DNA from: Gammaproteobacteria bacterium | GTDB lineage: Bacteria; Pseudomonadota; Gammaproteobacteria; UBA12402 | Assembly (NCBI GenBank): GCA_965196985.1 | Contig: CBDALO010000039.1 | Location: 4,575 to 68,574 of the forward strand | Direction: 5' to 3' | Length of the DNA stretch: 64,000 nt | In this document: piece by piece, positions 32,225 through 41,077 of the stretch | Position numbering within the stretch: position 1 is the stretch's first letter | Layout: the number at the start of each line of letters is the position of its first letter | Program-made: the position numbers and the translations under genes | Notes under the pieces: model-generated | Told to the model about the DNA's origin: nothing | Seen by the model: only the letters and a program-made list of their open reading frames with translations | Databases searched by the model: none

Positions 32225-32333
32225 TATAGTTTTTATATCAAGTTATTTTACCTTGATAGGTTACTAAAAACCTTGTTTATTATGAGATAAAACTAGCTCA
32301 ATTCCCCTAAATAAAGATAGACGTAACAGTAGG

Positions 32334-33189
32334 TTTTAGAGACGTGATCAAGATAATTAAAACTGAGGCTGCTCCCATCAAAGTTTTTAATTTTTGACTC
32401 AGCAATAGGAGGACGTTTGGTGTATCGACCTAAGTATTTAACGTTTTGTTTGTGATTCTTTGAGGGCTTTGCGCAATGTACTACCCATCGTTTTTGGTAA
32501 AGCTGATCAAGCAGTTGATTAAAGTTGAAAGTGTGGTTCAGTGTAGAGGCTAACTGATTTGGCAGAATAAGCCCTTTGTCCTGGTGGTGGTTTCTAAAAA
32601 GGTTAATGACCTCATAACGCCACATGGACATTAGTGTAGGTTGATGGAAGTAGAGGCTTTTCCATTGTGTTAACTCTTTGTTGATACCACCCAGAGTGAT
32701 TGACGCATGAAGATGCACATTGCGCTTTAGATCTCTGCCAAAGGTGTGAAGCGCGATAAATACACCGGGTTTAACCCTCTTGTTTTTAGCAAGCTTGAGT
32801 AACACCTTTGCTGCTAATGGTGGGAGTAAATTAAGAAGCTCTCTGTTTGTCCAAAAGCAGTCCCAAAGAGTAGAGGGCATGGTGAATGTGATGTGTTGCC
32901 ATGCAGTGTTGGGTAAGATTGCCATTTGTTGTTGTATCCATACTTCTGTGGCTTTTTTACCACACGATGAACAGCTTTTAGCTTTGCAGGTATGGCGGAT
33001 GTATTTGACGTGTGAACAGTTTGGATTACTGCAATGATACTCTTTATGGCCACGCATAAGATGTTTGCAGCTAAGCAGCTTAACAATGCCAATGACAATA
33101 GCTTCTCTGATTTTATCTTTGTACTTGGTGTGAAAGTTCCACCAGTTCTGATTGGTTACCAAGATTTGTTTGATACTAAAGCGTTTCAT
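32334..33189 (-). pseudogene. IS91-family transposase, copy B, N-terminal and middle part
   Basis: N-terminal Zn-binding region (..HCSNPNCSHVKYIRHTCKAKSCSSCGKK..), HUH (HLH), YLGRYTKRPP (Y2 motif). Cut by the transposon at 32333/32334. Confidence 0.85.
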
Positions 33190-33395
33190 TATTCTTAGAG
33201 TAAAATGAGAAGCGCGTATAGTAGGTGAGTTATTGCTCAGCTACCTGAAGCAATTTCTATAGCAGGTGTGTTATTTTTATTCGTTATTATTCCATGGGCA
33301 GGCTTGACTAGTTTGAGACTTAATAATACTCGTGGCTTTGTAAAGACTAAACTCTTAGAGGCTTAGAAAGTTGCCGGCGAAGCCGGCCTGACTTG

Positions 33396-33787
33396 AGTAA
33401 CACCTTTGCTGCTAATGGTGGGAGTAAATTAAGAAGCTCTTTGTTTGTCCAAAAGCAGTCCCAAAGAGTAGAGGGCATGGTGAATGTGATGTGTTGCCAT
33501 GCAGTGTTGGGTAAGATTGCCATTTGTTGTTGTATCCATACTTCTGTGGCTTTTTTACCACACGATGAACAGCTTTTAGTTTTGCAGGTATGGCGGATGT
33601 ATTTGACGTGTGAACAGTTTGGATTACTGCAATGATACTCTTTATGGCCACGCATAGGATGTTTGCAGCTAAGCAGCTTAACAATGCCAATGACAATAGC
33701 TTCTCTGATTTTATCTTTGTACTTGGTGTGAAAGTTCCACCAGTTCTGATTGGTTACCAAGATTTGTTTGATACTAAAGCGTTTCAT
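33396..33787 (-). pseudogene. IS91-family transposase, copy A, N-terminal part
   Basis: Same N-terminal sequence as copy B with a few substitutions. The real part ends at the copy B junction (33395/33396). Confidence 0.85.
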
Positions 33788-33835
33788 TATTCTTAGAGTA
33801 AAATGAGAAGCGCGTATAGTAGGTGAGTTATTGCT

Positions 33836-35367
33836 GCTAGTGCGCCATCCTTTCTGTAAATTCCATTGACTTGCTGAAAATAAGCAGGCGACTCAGTCAG
33901 ATTAGAAATTCCTTTTAAGGTAAACTTAACCAAAAAAGAGGAATGACAATGAGCTTCTATAAAAATGAGAACTTAATCGAAGAAGCCATACATGTTTTAG
34001 CGATGGAGGGGTTTGAAGCTTTACCTAAGCTTGTCTCCAGGTTGATGAATGAGGCTATGTTAATAGAAAGGGAGCGCCATTTAAATGCCAGTCCTTATGA
34101 GCGAACTGGCGATAGAAACGGATATGCGAACGGCTTTAAACCAAGGTTAATTAACACAGGTCAAGGTCAGCTTGAGCTACAGATACCGCAGGTTAGAGAC
34201 TCCAATGAAGCCTTCTATCCATCAGTCTTAGAGCGAGGTGTACGCTCTGATAGAGCACTTAAGCTGGCTGTCGCTGAAATGTATGTGCATGGGGTTTCCA
34301 CGCGCAAAGTTGAAAAGGTGCTAAAGCAACTCTGTGGAACAGATATTTCAAGCACAGAGGTAAGCCGTTGCGCTAAATTGTTGGATGAAGATTTAAAGAA
34401 ATGGCGAAATAAGCCGTTAGGAAAGATAAAATATCTTTGGCTAGATGCACGTTATGAGAAGGTGCGCACTAGCGGCACAGTACAAGACTGTGCGGTATTG
34501 ATAGCCTATGGCTTTGATGAATCAACCGGCAAGAGAACAGTGCTAGGTGTTTCTGTTGCGTTATCAGAGGCTGAGGTACATTGGCGTGATTTTCTTCAGC
34601 AGTTGGTTGAGCGAGGTATACATGGTATTGAGTTGATTACTAGCGACGCTCATACTGGCCTAAAAGCCGCTAGAAGAGCTGTGTTCCCCAGTGTTCCTTG
34701 GCAACGCTGCCAATTTTATTTGCAGCAAAATGCTCAGGCTCACATACCAAAGCGCTCAATGAAGGAACCAGTAGCTGAGGAGATTACAGCTATATTTAAT
34801 GCCTCAAACATTCATGAGTCGGAAAGACTATTGGCTATGGCGGTAGATAAATATCAGCAAACAGCACCAGAGCTTTCTTCTTGGTTGGAAGTGAATATAC
34901 CGGAGGGCTTAGTAGTGATGAACTTTGACAGGCCGCATCAAAAAAGATTAAGAACCAGTAACATAGCTGAGCGCGTAAACAGAGAGGTAAAAAGAAGGAC
35001 GCATACAGTTGGAATTTTCCCTAATACTGAATCGTGCCTAAGGCTCGTATCAGCTGTTTTAGTGGAAATTGATGACCAGTGGAGCGGATCACCTAGATAT
35101 TTAAGTTGAAGTGAATAATAAGGCTTCATAGGGTTTTAGGATAGATCATTCTTGTTCTTATTAACGAGATATAATTGCTATTACCTAAAAGTTAATAATT
35201 TATTTTGAGAGGAGAAAAATTTGAGGTATAAATAATTTTTTAGATTGATTAGCATAATTAATTTAAGATATTATGCGATGAGACAGGTACAATAGAGTGC
35301 CATTTAGAATTTTAAAGGTTTTTCTAAGTACTGAAGTTGGTTTTTACAGACAAAATAACGCTCTATC
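33836..35367 (+). mobile_element. IS256-family IS, copy 5
   Basis: 1532 bp. 8-bp TSD ttattgct at 33828-33835 and 35368-35375. Sits in the upstream non-coding end of IS91-like copy A. Confidence 0.92.
33943..35109 (+). CDS. IS256-family transposase (388 aa, C5F and H-to-Y variants)
   Basis: Intact ORF. Confidence 0.9.
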   Translation: MTMSFYKNENLIEEAIHVLAMEGFEALPKLVSRLMNEAMLIERERHLNASPYERTGDRNGYANGFKPRLINTGQGQLELQIPQVRDSNEAFYPSVLERGVRSDRALKLAVAEMYVHGVSTRKVEKVLKQLCGTDISSTEVSRCAKLLDEDLKKWRNKPLGKIKYLWLDARYEKVRTSGTVQDCAVLIAYGFDESTGKRTVLGVSVALSEAEVHWRDFLQQLVERGIHGIELITSDAHTGLKAARRAVFPSVPWQRCQFYLQQNAQAHIPKRSMKEPVAEEITAIFNASNIHESERLLAMAVDKYQQTAPELSSWLEVNIPEGLVVMNFDRPHQKRLRTSNIAERVNREVKRRTHTVGIFPNTESCLRLVSAVLVEIDDQWSGSPRYLS

Positions 35368-35491
35368 TTATTGCTCAGCTACCTGAAGCAATTTCTATAG
35401 CAGGTGTGTTATTTTTATTCGTTATTATTCCATGGGCAGGTTTGACTAGTTTGAGACTTAATAATACTCGTGGCTTTGTAAAGACTAAACT

Positions 35492-36451
35492 AGACCTTCT
35501 GCGTAACTAAGGGCAGTTCTAGAAACTAGCTAAAATTTGCTTATAATTGCCTGATTAATAATCATTCATGGAAAGGCATATGCTATTAAGTTATCAGCAA
35601 CTCAGTAACCGCCCGCGTATTTTTAAAAAGTTAACTGGTTTGACCCTTGATGATTTTGAAACGATACACCAACAAGTGAAGTCATCACTTGATGATGAGT
35701 TTAGTAAGCTGGGAAGGCGCCCGAAACTCACCACGCACCATGATCGCCTTTTGCTTCTCATGATGTACTATCGCACTTATGTAACACATGAATTCTTAGG
35801 TTACTTTGTTGGTTTGGATGACAGTAATGTCTGCCGCTTATTTAAACGCTTAGAACCCTTAGTGGCCAAGCATATTCATATTAAAAAAGACAGAACCCTA
35901 ACAGAAGATGCGGTTTGCGCTATATTAATGGATGTAACGGAGCAGCCTATTCAGCGCCCCAAAAAGAAGAAGCCACGTAAAGATTATTATTCTGGTAAAA
36001 AGAAAAGACATACTCAAAAGGTGGAGATAGCAATGAGTACATCCGGAAAAATAATCAACGTCTCTCAAACAATGCCTGGGAGGGTTCATGATATTAAGAT
36101 CCGACAACGTGGCAGCCCACTGCCACCAGCAGAAAAATATGCTGATCTAGGATACCAAGGAATTCAACATACTGACCCCTTGGTTAACTTACCTCATAAA
36201 AAGCCCAAAGGCGGCAAATTAACTACTCAACAAAAAGAGGATAACCGTAATCACAGCAAGATCCGTATTAGGGTTGAACATCAATTCTCAAAATTTAAAA
36301 AATTCCGCATTCTTGGGGAGGTGTATAGGAATTTTCGCAGAAAACACAATATGAGATTTAATATTATTGCTGGGATTCTCAATCTTCAAGCCGGATTCTA
36401 AAACTACAAACGAGCATAAGCTCGCCCAGTATTTAGTTTCGCAGAAGGTCT
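35492..36451 (+). mobile_element. IS5-family IS (960 bp), copy A
   Basis: Perfect 12-bp IRs agaccttctgcg / cgcagaaggtct. 3-bp TSD act at 35489-35491 and 36452-36454. The empty site is visible at 33347-33349 in copy B. Confidence 0.88.
35568..36401 (+). CDS. IS5-family transposase (HTH + DDE_Tnp_4/Harbinger-like, 277 aa)
   Basis: ..ILMDVTEQPIQRP..YYSGKKKRHT..ADLGYQG..NHSKIRIRVEHQFSKFKKFRIL... Confidence 0.8.
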   Translation: MERHMLLSYQQLSNRPRIFKKLTGLTLDDFETIHQQVKSSLDDEFSKLGRRPKLTTHHDRLLLLMMYYRTYVTHEFLGYFVGLDDSNVCRLFKRLEPLVAKHIHIKKDRTLTEDAVCAILMDVTEQPIQRPKKKKPRKDYYSGKKKRHTQKVEIAMSTSGKIINVSQTMPGRVHDIKIRQRGSPLPPAEKYADLGYQGIQHTDPLVNLPHKKPKGGKLTTQQKEDNRNHSKIRIRVEHQFSKFKKFRILGEVYRNFRRKHNMRFNIIAGILNLQAGF

Positions 36452-36511
36452 ACTCTTAGAGGCTTAGAAAGTTGCCGGCGAAGCCGGCCTGACTTGATTG
36501 ACTTATTAAAT

Positions 36512-37471
36512 AGACCTTCTGCGTAACTAAGGGCAGTTCTAGAAACTAGCTAAAATTTGCTTATAATTGCCTGATTAATAATCATTCATGGAAAGGCATA
36601 TGCTATTAAGCTATCAGCAACTCAGTAACCGCCCGCGTATTTTTAAAAAGTTAACTGGTTTGACCCTTGATGATTTTGAAACGATACACCAACAAGTGAA
36701 GTCATCACTTGATGATGAGTTTAGTAAGCTGGGAAGGCGCCCGAAACTCACCACGCACCATGATCGCCTTTTGCTTCTCATGATGTACTATCGCACTTAT
36801 GTAACACATGAATTCTTAGGTTACTTTGTTGATTTGGATGACAGTAATGTCTGCCGCTTATTTAAACGCTTAGAACCCTTAGTGGCCAAGCATATTCATA
36901 TTAAAAAAGACAGAACCCTAACAGAAGATGCGGTTTGCGCTATATTAATGGATGTAACGGAGCAGCCTATTCAGCGCCCCAAAAAGAAGAAGCCACGTAA
37001 AGATTATTATTCTGGTAAAAAGAAAAGACATACTCAAAAGGTGGAGATAGCAATGAGTACATCCGGAAAAATAATCAACGTCTCTCAAACAATGCCTGGG
37101 AGGGTTCATGATATTAAGATCCGACAACGTGGCAGCCCACTGCCACCAGCAGAAAAATATGCTGATCTAGGATACCAAGGAATTCAACATACTGACCCCT
37201 TGGTTAACTTACCTCATAAAAAGCCCAAAGGCGGCAAATTAACTACTCAACAAAAAGAGGATAACCGTAATCACAGCAAGATCCGTATTAGGGTTGAACA
37301 TCAATTCTCAAAATTTAAAAAATTCCGCATTCTTGGGGAGGTGTATAGGAATTTTCGCAGAAAACACAATATGAGATTTAATATTATTGCTGGGATTCTC
37401 AATCTTCAAGCCGGATTCTAAAACTACAAACGAGCATAAGCTCGCCCAGTATTTAGTTTCGCAGAAGGTCT
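36512..37471 (+). mobile_element. IS5-family IS (960 bp), copy B
   Basis: Same IRs as copy A. 3-bp TSD aat at 36509-36511 and 37472-37474. Sits in the 3' end of the tolC-like gene. Confidence 0.88.
36588..37421 (+). CDS. IS5-family transposase (277 aa, G82D variant)
   Basis: Intact ORF. Confidence 0.8.
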   Translation: MERHMLLSYQQLSNRPRIFKKLTGLTLDDFETIHQQVKSSLDDEFSKLGRRPKLTTHHDRLLLLMMYYRTYVTHEFLGYFVDLDDSNVCRLFKRLEPLVAKHIHIKKDRTLTEDAVCAILMDVTEQPIQRPKKKKPRKDYYSGKKKRHTQKVEIAMSTSGKIINVSQTMPGRVHDIKIRQRGSPLPPAEKYADLGYQGIQHTDPLVNLPHKKPKGGKLTTQQKEDNRNHSKIRIRVEHQFSKFKKFRILGEVYRNFRRKHNMRFNIIAGILNLQAGF

Positions 37472-37474
37472 AAT

Positions 37475-37585
37475 GTGCAAAACAACCTGTTCCTTGCCCA
37501 GGTTGAGTTAACTAATGAAAAGTTCCAACAGATTGACCAGCCTTATGTTATCTTGAAGGAGTGTGGGATATTGACACACGTTTGA
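37475..37585 (+). pseudogene. TolC-family outer-membrane protein, last 36 codons (preceded by 5 codons at 36497-36511)
   Basis: Rejoining 22658 | 36497-36511 | 37475 reads ..GSRSL-IDLLN-VQNNLFLAQVELTNEKFQQIDQPYVILKECGILTHV*. This is a typical TolC C-terminus and gives 436 aa in total. Confidence 0.8.
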
Positions 37586-37589
37586 TTAG

Positions 37590-38738
37590 CTAGTGCATAA
37601 ATACTTCTAAGCAGTTATTAAGGAAGCGTAACCCTTTTGGGGTCGTTTTAAGTTTGTCAGTTTCTAGTAACCCTTGTTGACGTAAGTCGGACAAGGGTTT
37701 TTTTATGATATCGAGTATTAACCCCGTGTGTATGTTGAATAGCTTTTCATCAACGCCTTCAACTAGTCGTAAGGCATTCATCATAAACTCTAGTGGCAGC
37801 TCTTCTTTTGAAAGCTTTCGTTGTGAGCCAATAAAGGGCTTTTCTTGATCAAGATAGTCTTTGGGATTTCGAGTTTTTGCAAAGCGTGTAATGGATCCGT
37901 TTTGGATATTGGTAAGTTTACTATGTGCACCAGCACCAATACCCAAGTAATCGCCAAATTGCCAATAGTTAAGGTTGTGTATCGAATTGTATTGATTTTG
38001 GCAGAAGGCTGAAACTTCATAATGTTGATAGTTATGATCAGCTAGCAACTGCTGGCCAGTATTTTGAATGCCGTGCAGCGTATCCTCGTTTGGTAGTTGT
38101 GGTGGAAATTTAGCAAATACTGTGTTGGGCTCTAATGTCAGTTGATACCAGGATAGGTGCGGAGGATTAAAGCTAAGTGCGGTTAATAGATCAGCTAAAG
38201 CTTCTTTAGCTGTTTGCTGTGGTAAGCCATGCATTAAGTCTAGATTGAAATTCTCAAAGCCAGCTTGTCTGGCAATTTCAATTGCTTGCAGAGCTTCTTT
38301 GCCATTATGCACCCTGCCCAAAGCACGTAGTTTATCATCTTGAAAACTTTGTATGCCAATAGAGAGTCGATTAATACCAGCCTGCTTAAAATCATAAAAT
38401 TTTTGTTGTTCAAAGCTACCGGGGTTGGCTTCTAAAGTAATCTCTATGTAAGGATTAAAAGCGAGTCGTGCCTGGACTGCTTGTAAAAGTTTTTCGATAG
38501 CTGCTGCAGAAAATAAGCTGGGTGTGCCACCACCAATAAAAATACTAACCAGTTTTCGACCCCAGATATCGGGTAAACTCTGTTCGAGGTCTGCAATTAG
38601 AGTATTAAGATAAGTTTGTTCGGGTAAACCTTTGCTCGGTTGATTGTAAGAGTTAAAGTCACAATAGGGACATTTCTGTAAACACCAAGGAATATGAATA
38701 TAAAGGCTGAGAGGTGGTGGCTGAGTGATGTTCAACAT
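37590..38738 (-). CDS. hemW: radical SAM heme chaperone HemW (coproporphyrinogen III oxidase-like)
   Basis: ..LYIHIPWCLQKCPYCDFNS.. CxxxCxxC motif, 382 aa, HemN-like C-terminal domain. Confidence 0.85.
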   Translation of the reverse strand: MLNITQPPPLSLYIHIPWCLQKCPYCDFNSYNQPSKGLPEQTYLNTLIADLEQSLPDIWGRKLVSIFIGGGTPSLFSAAAIEKLLQAVQARLAFNPYIEITLEANPGSFEQQKFYDFKQAGINRLSIGIQSFQDDKLRALGRVHNGKEALQAIEIARQAGFENFNLDLMHGLPQQTAKEALADLLTALSFNPPHLSWYQLTLEPNTVFAKFPPQLPNEDTLHGIQNTGQQLLADHNYQHYEVSAFCQNQYNSIHNLNYWQFGDYLGIGAGAHSKLTNIQNGSITRFAKTRNPKDYLDQEKPFIGSQRKLSKEELPLEFMMNALRLVEGVDEKLFNIHTGLILDIIKKPLSDLRQQGLLETDKLKTTPKGLRFLNNCLEVFMH

Positions 38739-38854
38739 GAGCGCATTATGCGGAATTTGTTCAATAAAAGCTAGCCTTAGATGGCTTTGCGTTTAAAGCA
38801 ACGGTATTATTAACCTTAGTTCTAGATTATTAAAAAACAACGAGAGGAAAAGTC

Positions 38855-39844
38855 ATGACACAAAAACACATTAAGGTAGCGATTACGGGCGCAGCAGGAC
38901 AGATTGGTTACGCTTTATTATTTAGAATTGCGTCTGGGCAAATGTTTGGTGAAGATACGTTGGTTGATTTGCATTTGCTAGAATTAGAAGCTGCTTTACC
39001 AGCCTTACACGGTGTTGCTATGGAGCTCCAGGATTGTGCTTTTCCTTTGTTGCGAAATATTGTTTGTACTTCTGACCTTAATGAAGCAATGCAAGATGTG
39101 AACTGGGCTATCTTAGTTGGTGCGGTGCCACGTAAACAGGGTATGGAGCGCTCAGATTTGCTGAAAGTTAATGGAGGCATCTTTGGTCCACAGGGTAAAG
39201 CAATTAACGATAATGCTGCTGATGATGTGCGAGTTTTTGTGGTGGGTAATCCTTGTAATACAAATTGTTTGATTGCAATGAATAATGCACCTGATGTGCC
39301 CAATGATCGGTTTTATGCAATGACTATGCTAGATCAAAATCGTGCTGTTACTCAGCTTGCCTTAAAGGCAGGGGTAAACGTTACTGAAGTAAGTCAGATG
39401 ATTATTTGGGGTAATCATTCTTCCACGCAGTATCCAGATTTTTATAATGCCAAAATTAATGGTTTGCCAGTTGTTGATACCATTAAAGATGAAGAGTGGT
39501 TGAAAGGTGATTTTCTTACTACAGTGCAGCAACGAGGTGCGGCTGTGATTAAGGCAAGAGGTGCTTCTTCGGCTGCTTCTGCGGCTAATGCAGTTGTTGA
39601 TGGAGTTTACAGCTTAACTCACGATACACCGCAAGGTGATTTTTATTCAATGTGTAAATGCTCAGTTGGTGAATATGGTATTGACGAGGGTTTGATTTTC
39701 TCCTATCCATGTCGAACTGAAAATGGACAGTTAGTTGTAGTTACTGATATAGCTCATAATGATTATGGCAATGAAAAACTAATGGCAACACACGATGAGT
39801 TACGTGCTGAGCGTGATGCTGTTAAATCACTTGGATTGATTTAA
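38855..39844 (+). CDS. mdh: malate dehydrogenase
   Basis: [26 protein letters not shown].., ..VVGNPCNTN.., ..[12 protein letters not shown].., 329 aa. Confidence 0.9.
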   Translation: MTQKHIKVAITGAAGQIGYALLFRIASGQMFGEDTLVDLHLLELEAALPALHGVAMELQDCAFPLLRNIVCTSDLNEAMQDVNWAILVGAVPRKQGMERSDLLKVNGGIFGPQGKAINDNAADDVRVFVVGNPCNTNCLIAMNNAPDVPNDRFYAMTMLDQNRAVTQLALKAGVNVTEVSQMIIWGNHSSTQYPDFYNAKINGLPVVDTIKDEEWLKGDFLTTVQQRGAAVIKARGASSAASAANAVVDGVYSLTHDTPQGDFYSMCKCSVGEYGIDEGLIFSYPCRTENGQLVVVTDIAHNDYGNEKLMATHDELRAERDAVKSLGLI

Positions 39845-39845
39845 T

Positions 39846-41066
39846 TTGTCTAGTTCTGTTAAGAAATGGATTCGTCCATCACTATTTATTTTGGTGCTGA
39901 TGGTTTCAATAGGGCCTTTTGGGGACACGGAGTACGTCCCTTCTTTGCCTCGTATAGCCCGAGATTTAATGGTTCCTTATGCATGGGTGCAGTTAACAAT
40001 GACCTCTTACCTGCTAGGGTATGCGGTTAGTCAGCTGTTTTATGGGCCATTGTCTGATCGCTTTGGCCGCAAAAAAGTGATGTTAACGGGGGCAAGTATT
40101 TTTGTGCTTGGGTCGCTGATTTGCTTTGTAAGCTATGGTATTTGGCAGCTGATTGCTGGCCGTTTTATTCAGGCTGTTGGTTCATGTGCTGGGGGGATTA
40201 TTTCTAATGCTGCTGTGCGAGATGCATATCTTGACGAGGAGCGTGGTCACGTTTTTGCGAAGATTAACGCAGCTTTTGCAGTTGCACCAGGTTTAGGTCC
40301 TATTGTGGGTAGCTTTGTCGATCACCTTTATGGTTGGCATGCTAATTTTTTTGTTTTGTTAGTGCTCTCCATTTGTTTATTGATAGCTGTCTTTTTCTTT
40401 TTTCCAGAAACCAATCGCTCGCCTAACCCAAAAGCCTTGAAGCCACGTCTATTCTTACATAATTATGCGGTTTTAATGCGTGATCCTTACTATTTTGCTT
40501 ACCTGTTGGTGATGGGGTTTAGTATAGGGATTGTTTACTGTGCTCTGATTGGTGCGCCAGATTTGGTGATTAATGTATTGCATTTGAATTCTTCGGTTGT
40601 TTTTATAATCGCCTTGGGCGTTTTATTTGGTTTTGTTATTGGTTCACTAATTTGCAATTTTTTACAAAATCATTTGCCAGCCAACTGGTTGGTTTTTATT
40701 GGTTTTTGTATTATGTTGCTTGGTTCTTTAGCTTTAGTTATCACGGCTTGTGTTGGCTGGATTGCTGACTCGCTTTATGTTGGTTTAGTGCCTATTTGTA
40801 TTGTTTTTACTGGTATAGCTTTTGTTATCCCGCTGTGTACAGTAAAAGCTTTAGAGCCTTTCGAGCACGTTGCTGGGTCAGCTTCAGCTATGTTGGGATT
40901 TTTAATGATGGGGCTGGCTTCATTAAGTACAGGGGTGATGAGTTTGTTGCATCGTAGTAGTACTTTTAGTCTGCCGTTTATGTTTACCTTATTAACGGTA
41001 TTAAGCATGTTGGTGTTTGGCTTTTTTATTTTAGCAAGGCCAGGTAGACCAAGATTTAATGTATAG
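39846..41066 (+). CDS. MFS transporter (Bcr/CflA-type drug-resistance-like)
   Basis: About 12 hydrophobic segments and the ..GPLSDRFGRKKV.. MFS loop motif. The predicted start is a TTG. Confidence 0.75.
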   Translation: MSSSVKKWIRPSLFILVLMVSIGPFGDTEYVPSLPRIARDLMVPYAWVQLTMTSYLLGYAVSQLFYGPLSDRFGRKKVMLTGASIFVLGSLICFVSYGIWQLIAGRFIQAVGSCAGGIISNAAVRDAYLDEERGHVFAKINAAFAVAPGLGPIVGSFVDHLYGWHANFFVLLVLSICLLIAVFFFFPETNRSPNPKALKPRLFLHNYAVLMRDPYYFAYLLVMGFSIGIVYCALIGAPDLVINVLHLNSSVVFIIALGVLFGFVIGSLICNFLQNHLPANWLVFIGFCIMLLGSLALVITACVGWIADSLYVGLVPICIVFTGIAFVIPLCTVKALEPFEHVAGSASAMLGFLMMGLASLSTGVMSLLHRSSTFSLPFMFTLLTVLSMLVFGFFILARPGRPRFNV

Positions 41067-41077
41067 CTGGAGGTGAG

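Larger units (their letters stand above)
26041..32328 (-). mobile_element. TGT..ACA-ended DDE transposon (Mu/Tn552/Tn5053-like gene set), about 3 kb of own sequence plus two nested ISs
   Basis: Ends tgtaacgtc.. / ..gacgtaaca (8/9 inverted match at the tips). 5-bp TSD gtagg at 26036-26040 and 32329-32333, and the IS91 sequence is continuous once it is removed. Carries a Zn-ribbon/HTH gene, an rve transposase and an AAA+ ATPase. Confidence 0.7.
25525..33395 (-). mobile_element. IS91-like IS, copy B (25525-26040 + 32334-33395 = 1578 bp) carrying the three-gene transposon
   Basis: Inserted in copy A's tnpA immediately 3' of aagCTTG. Copy A sequence resumes at 33396 (agtaacacc..). Confidence 0.8.
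22659..36496 (-). mobile_element. IS91-like rolling-circle IS, copy A (1578 bp of own sequence in five segments, carrying nested elements)
   Basis: Own segments: 22659-23280, 25167-25524, 33396-33835, 35376-35491 and 36455-36496, which sum to 1578 bp, the same as copy B. Preceded by target CTTG and ends in ..gccggcgaagccggcctgacttg. No TSD. Confidence 0.8.

Noticed and set aside
32780-33696. ORFs of 80-94 aa on both strands inside the IS91 transposase N-terminal regions
   Set aside because: These are alternate-frame or antisense shadows, duplicated because the IS is duplicated.
37790-39303. Antisense or alternate-frame ORFs inside hemW (76 aa) and mdh (131 aa)
   Set aside because: They overlap confidently identified housekeeping genes and have no features.
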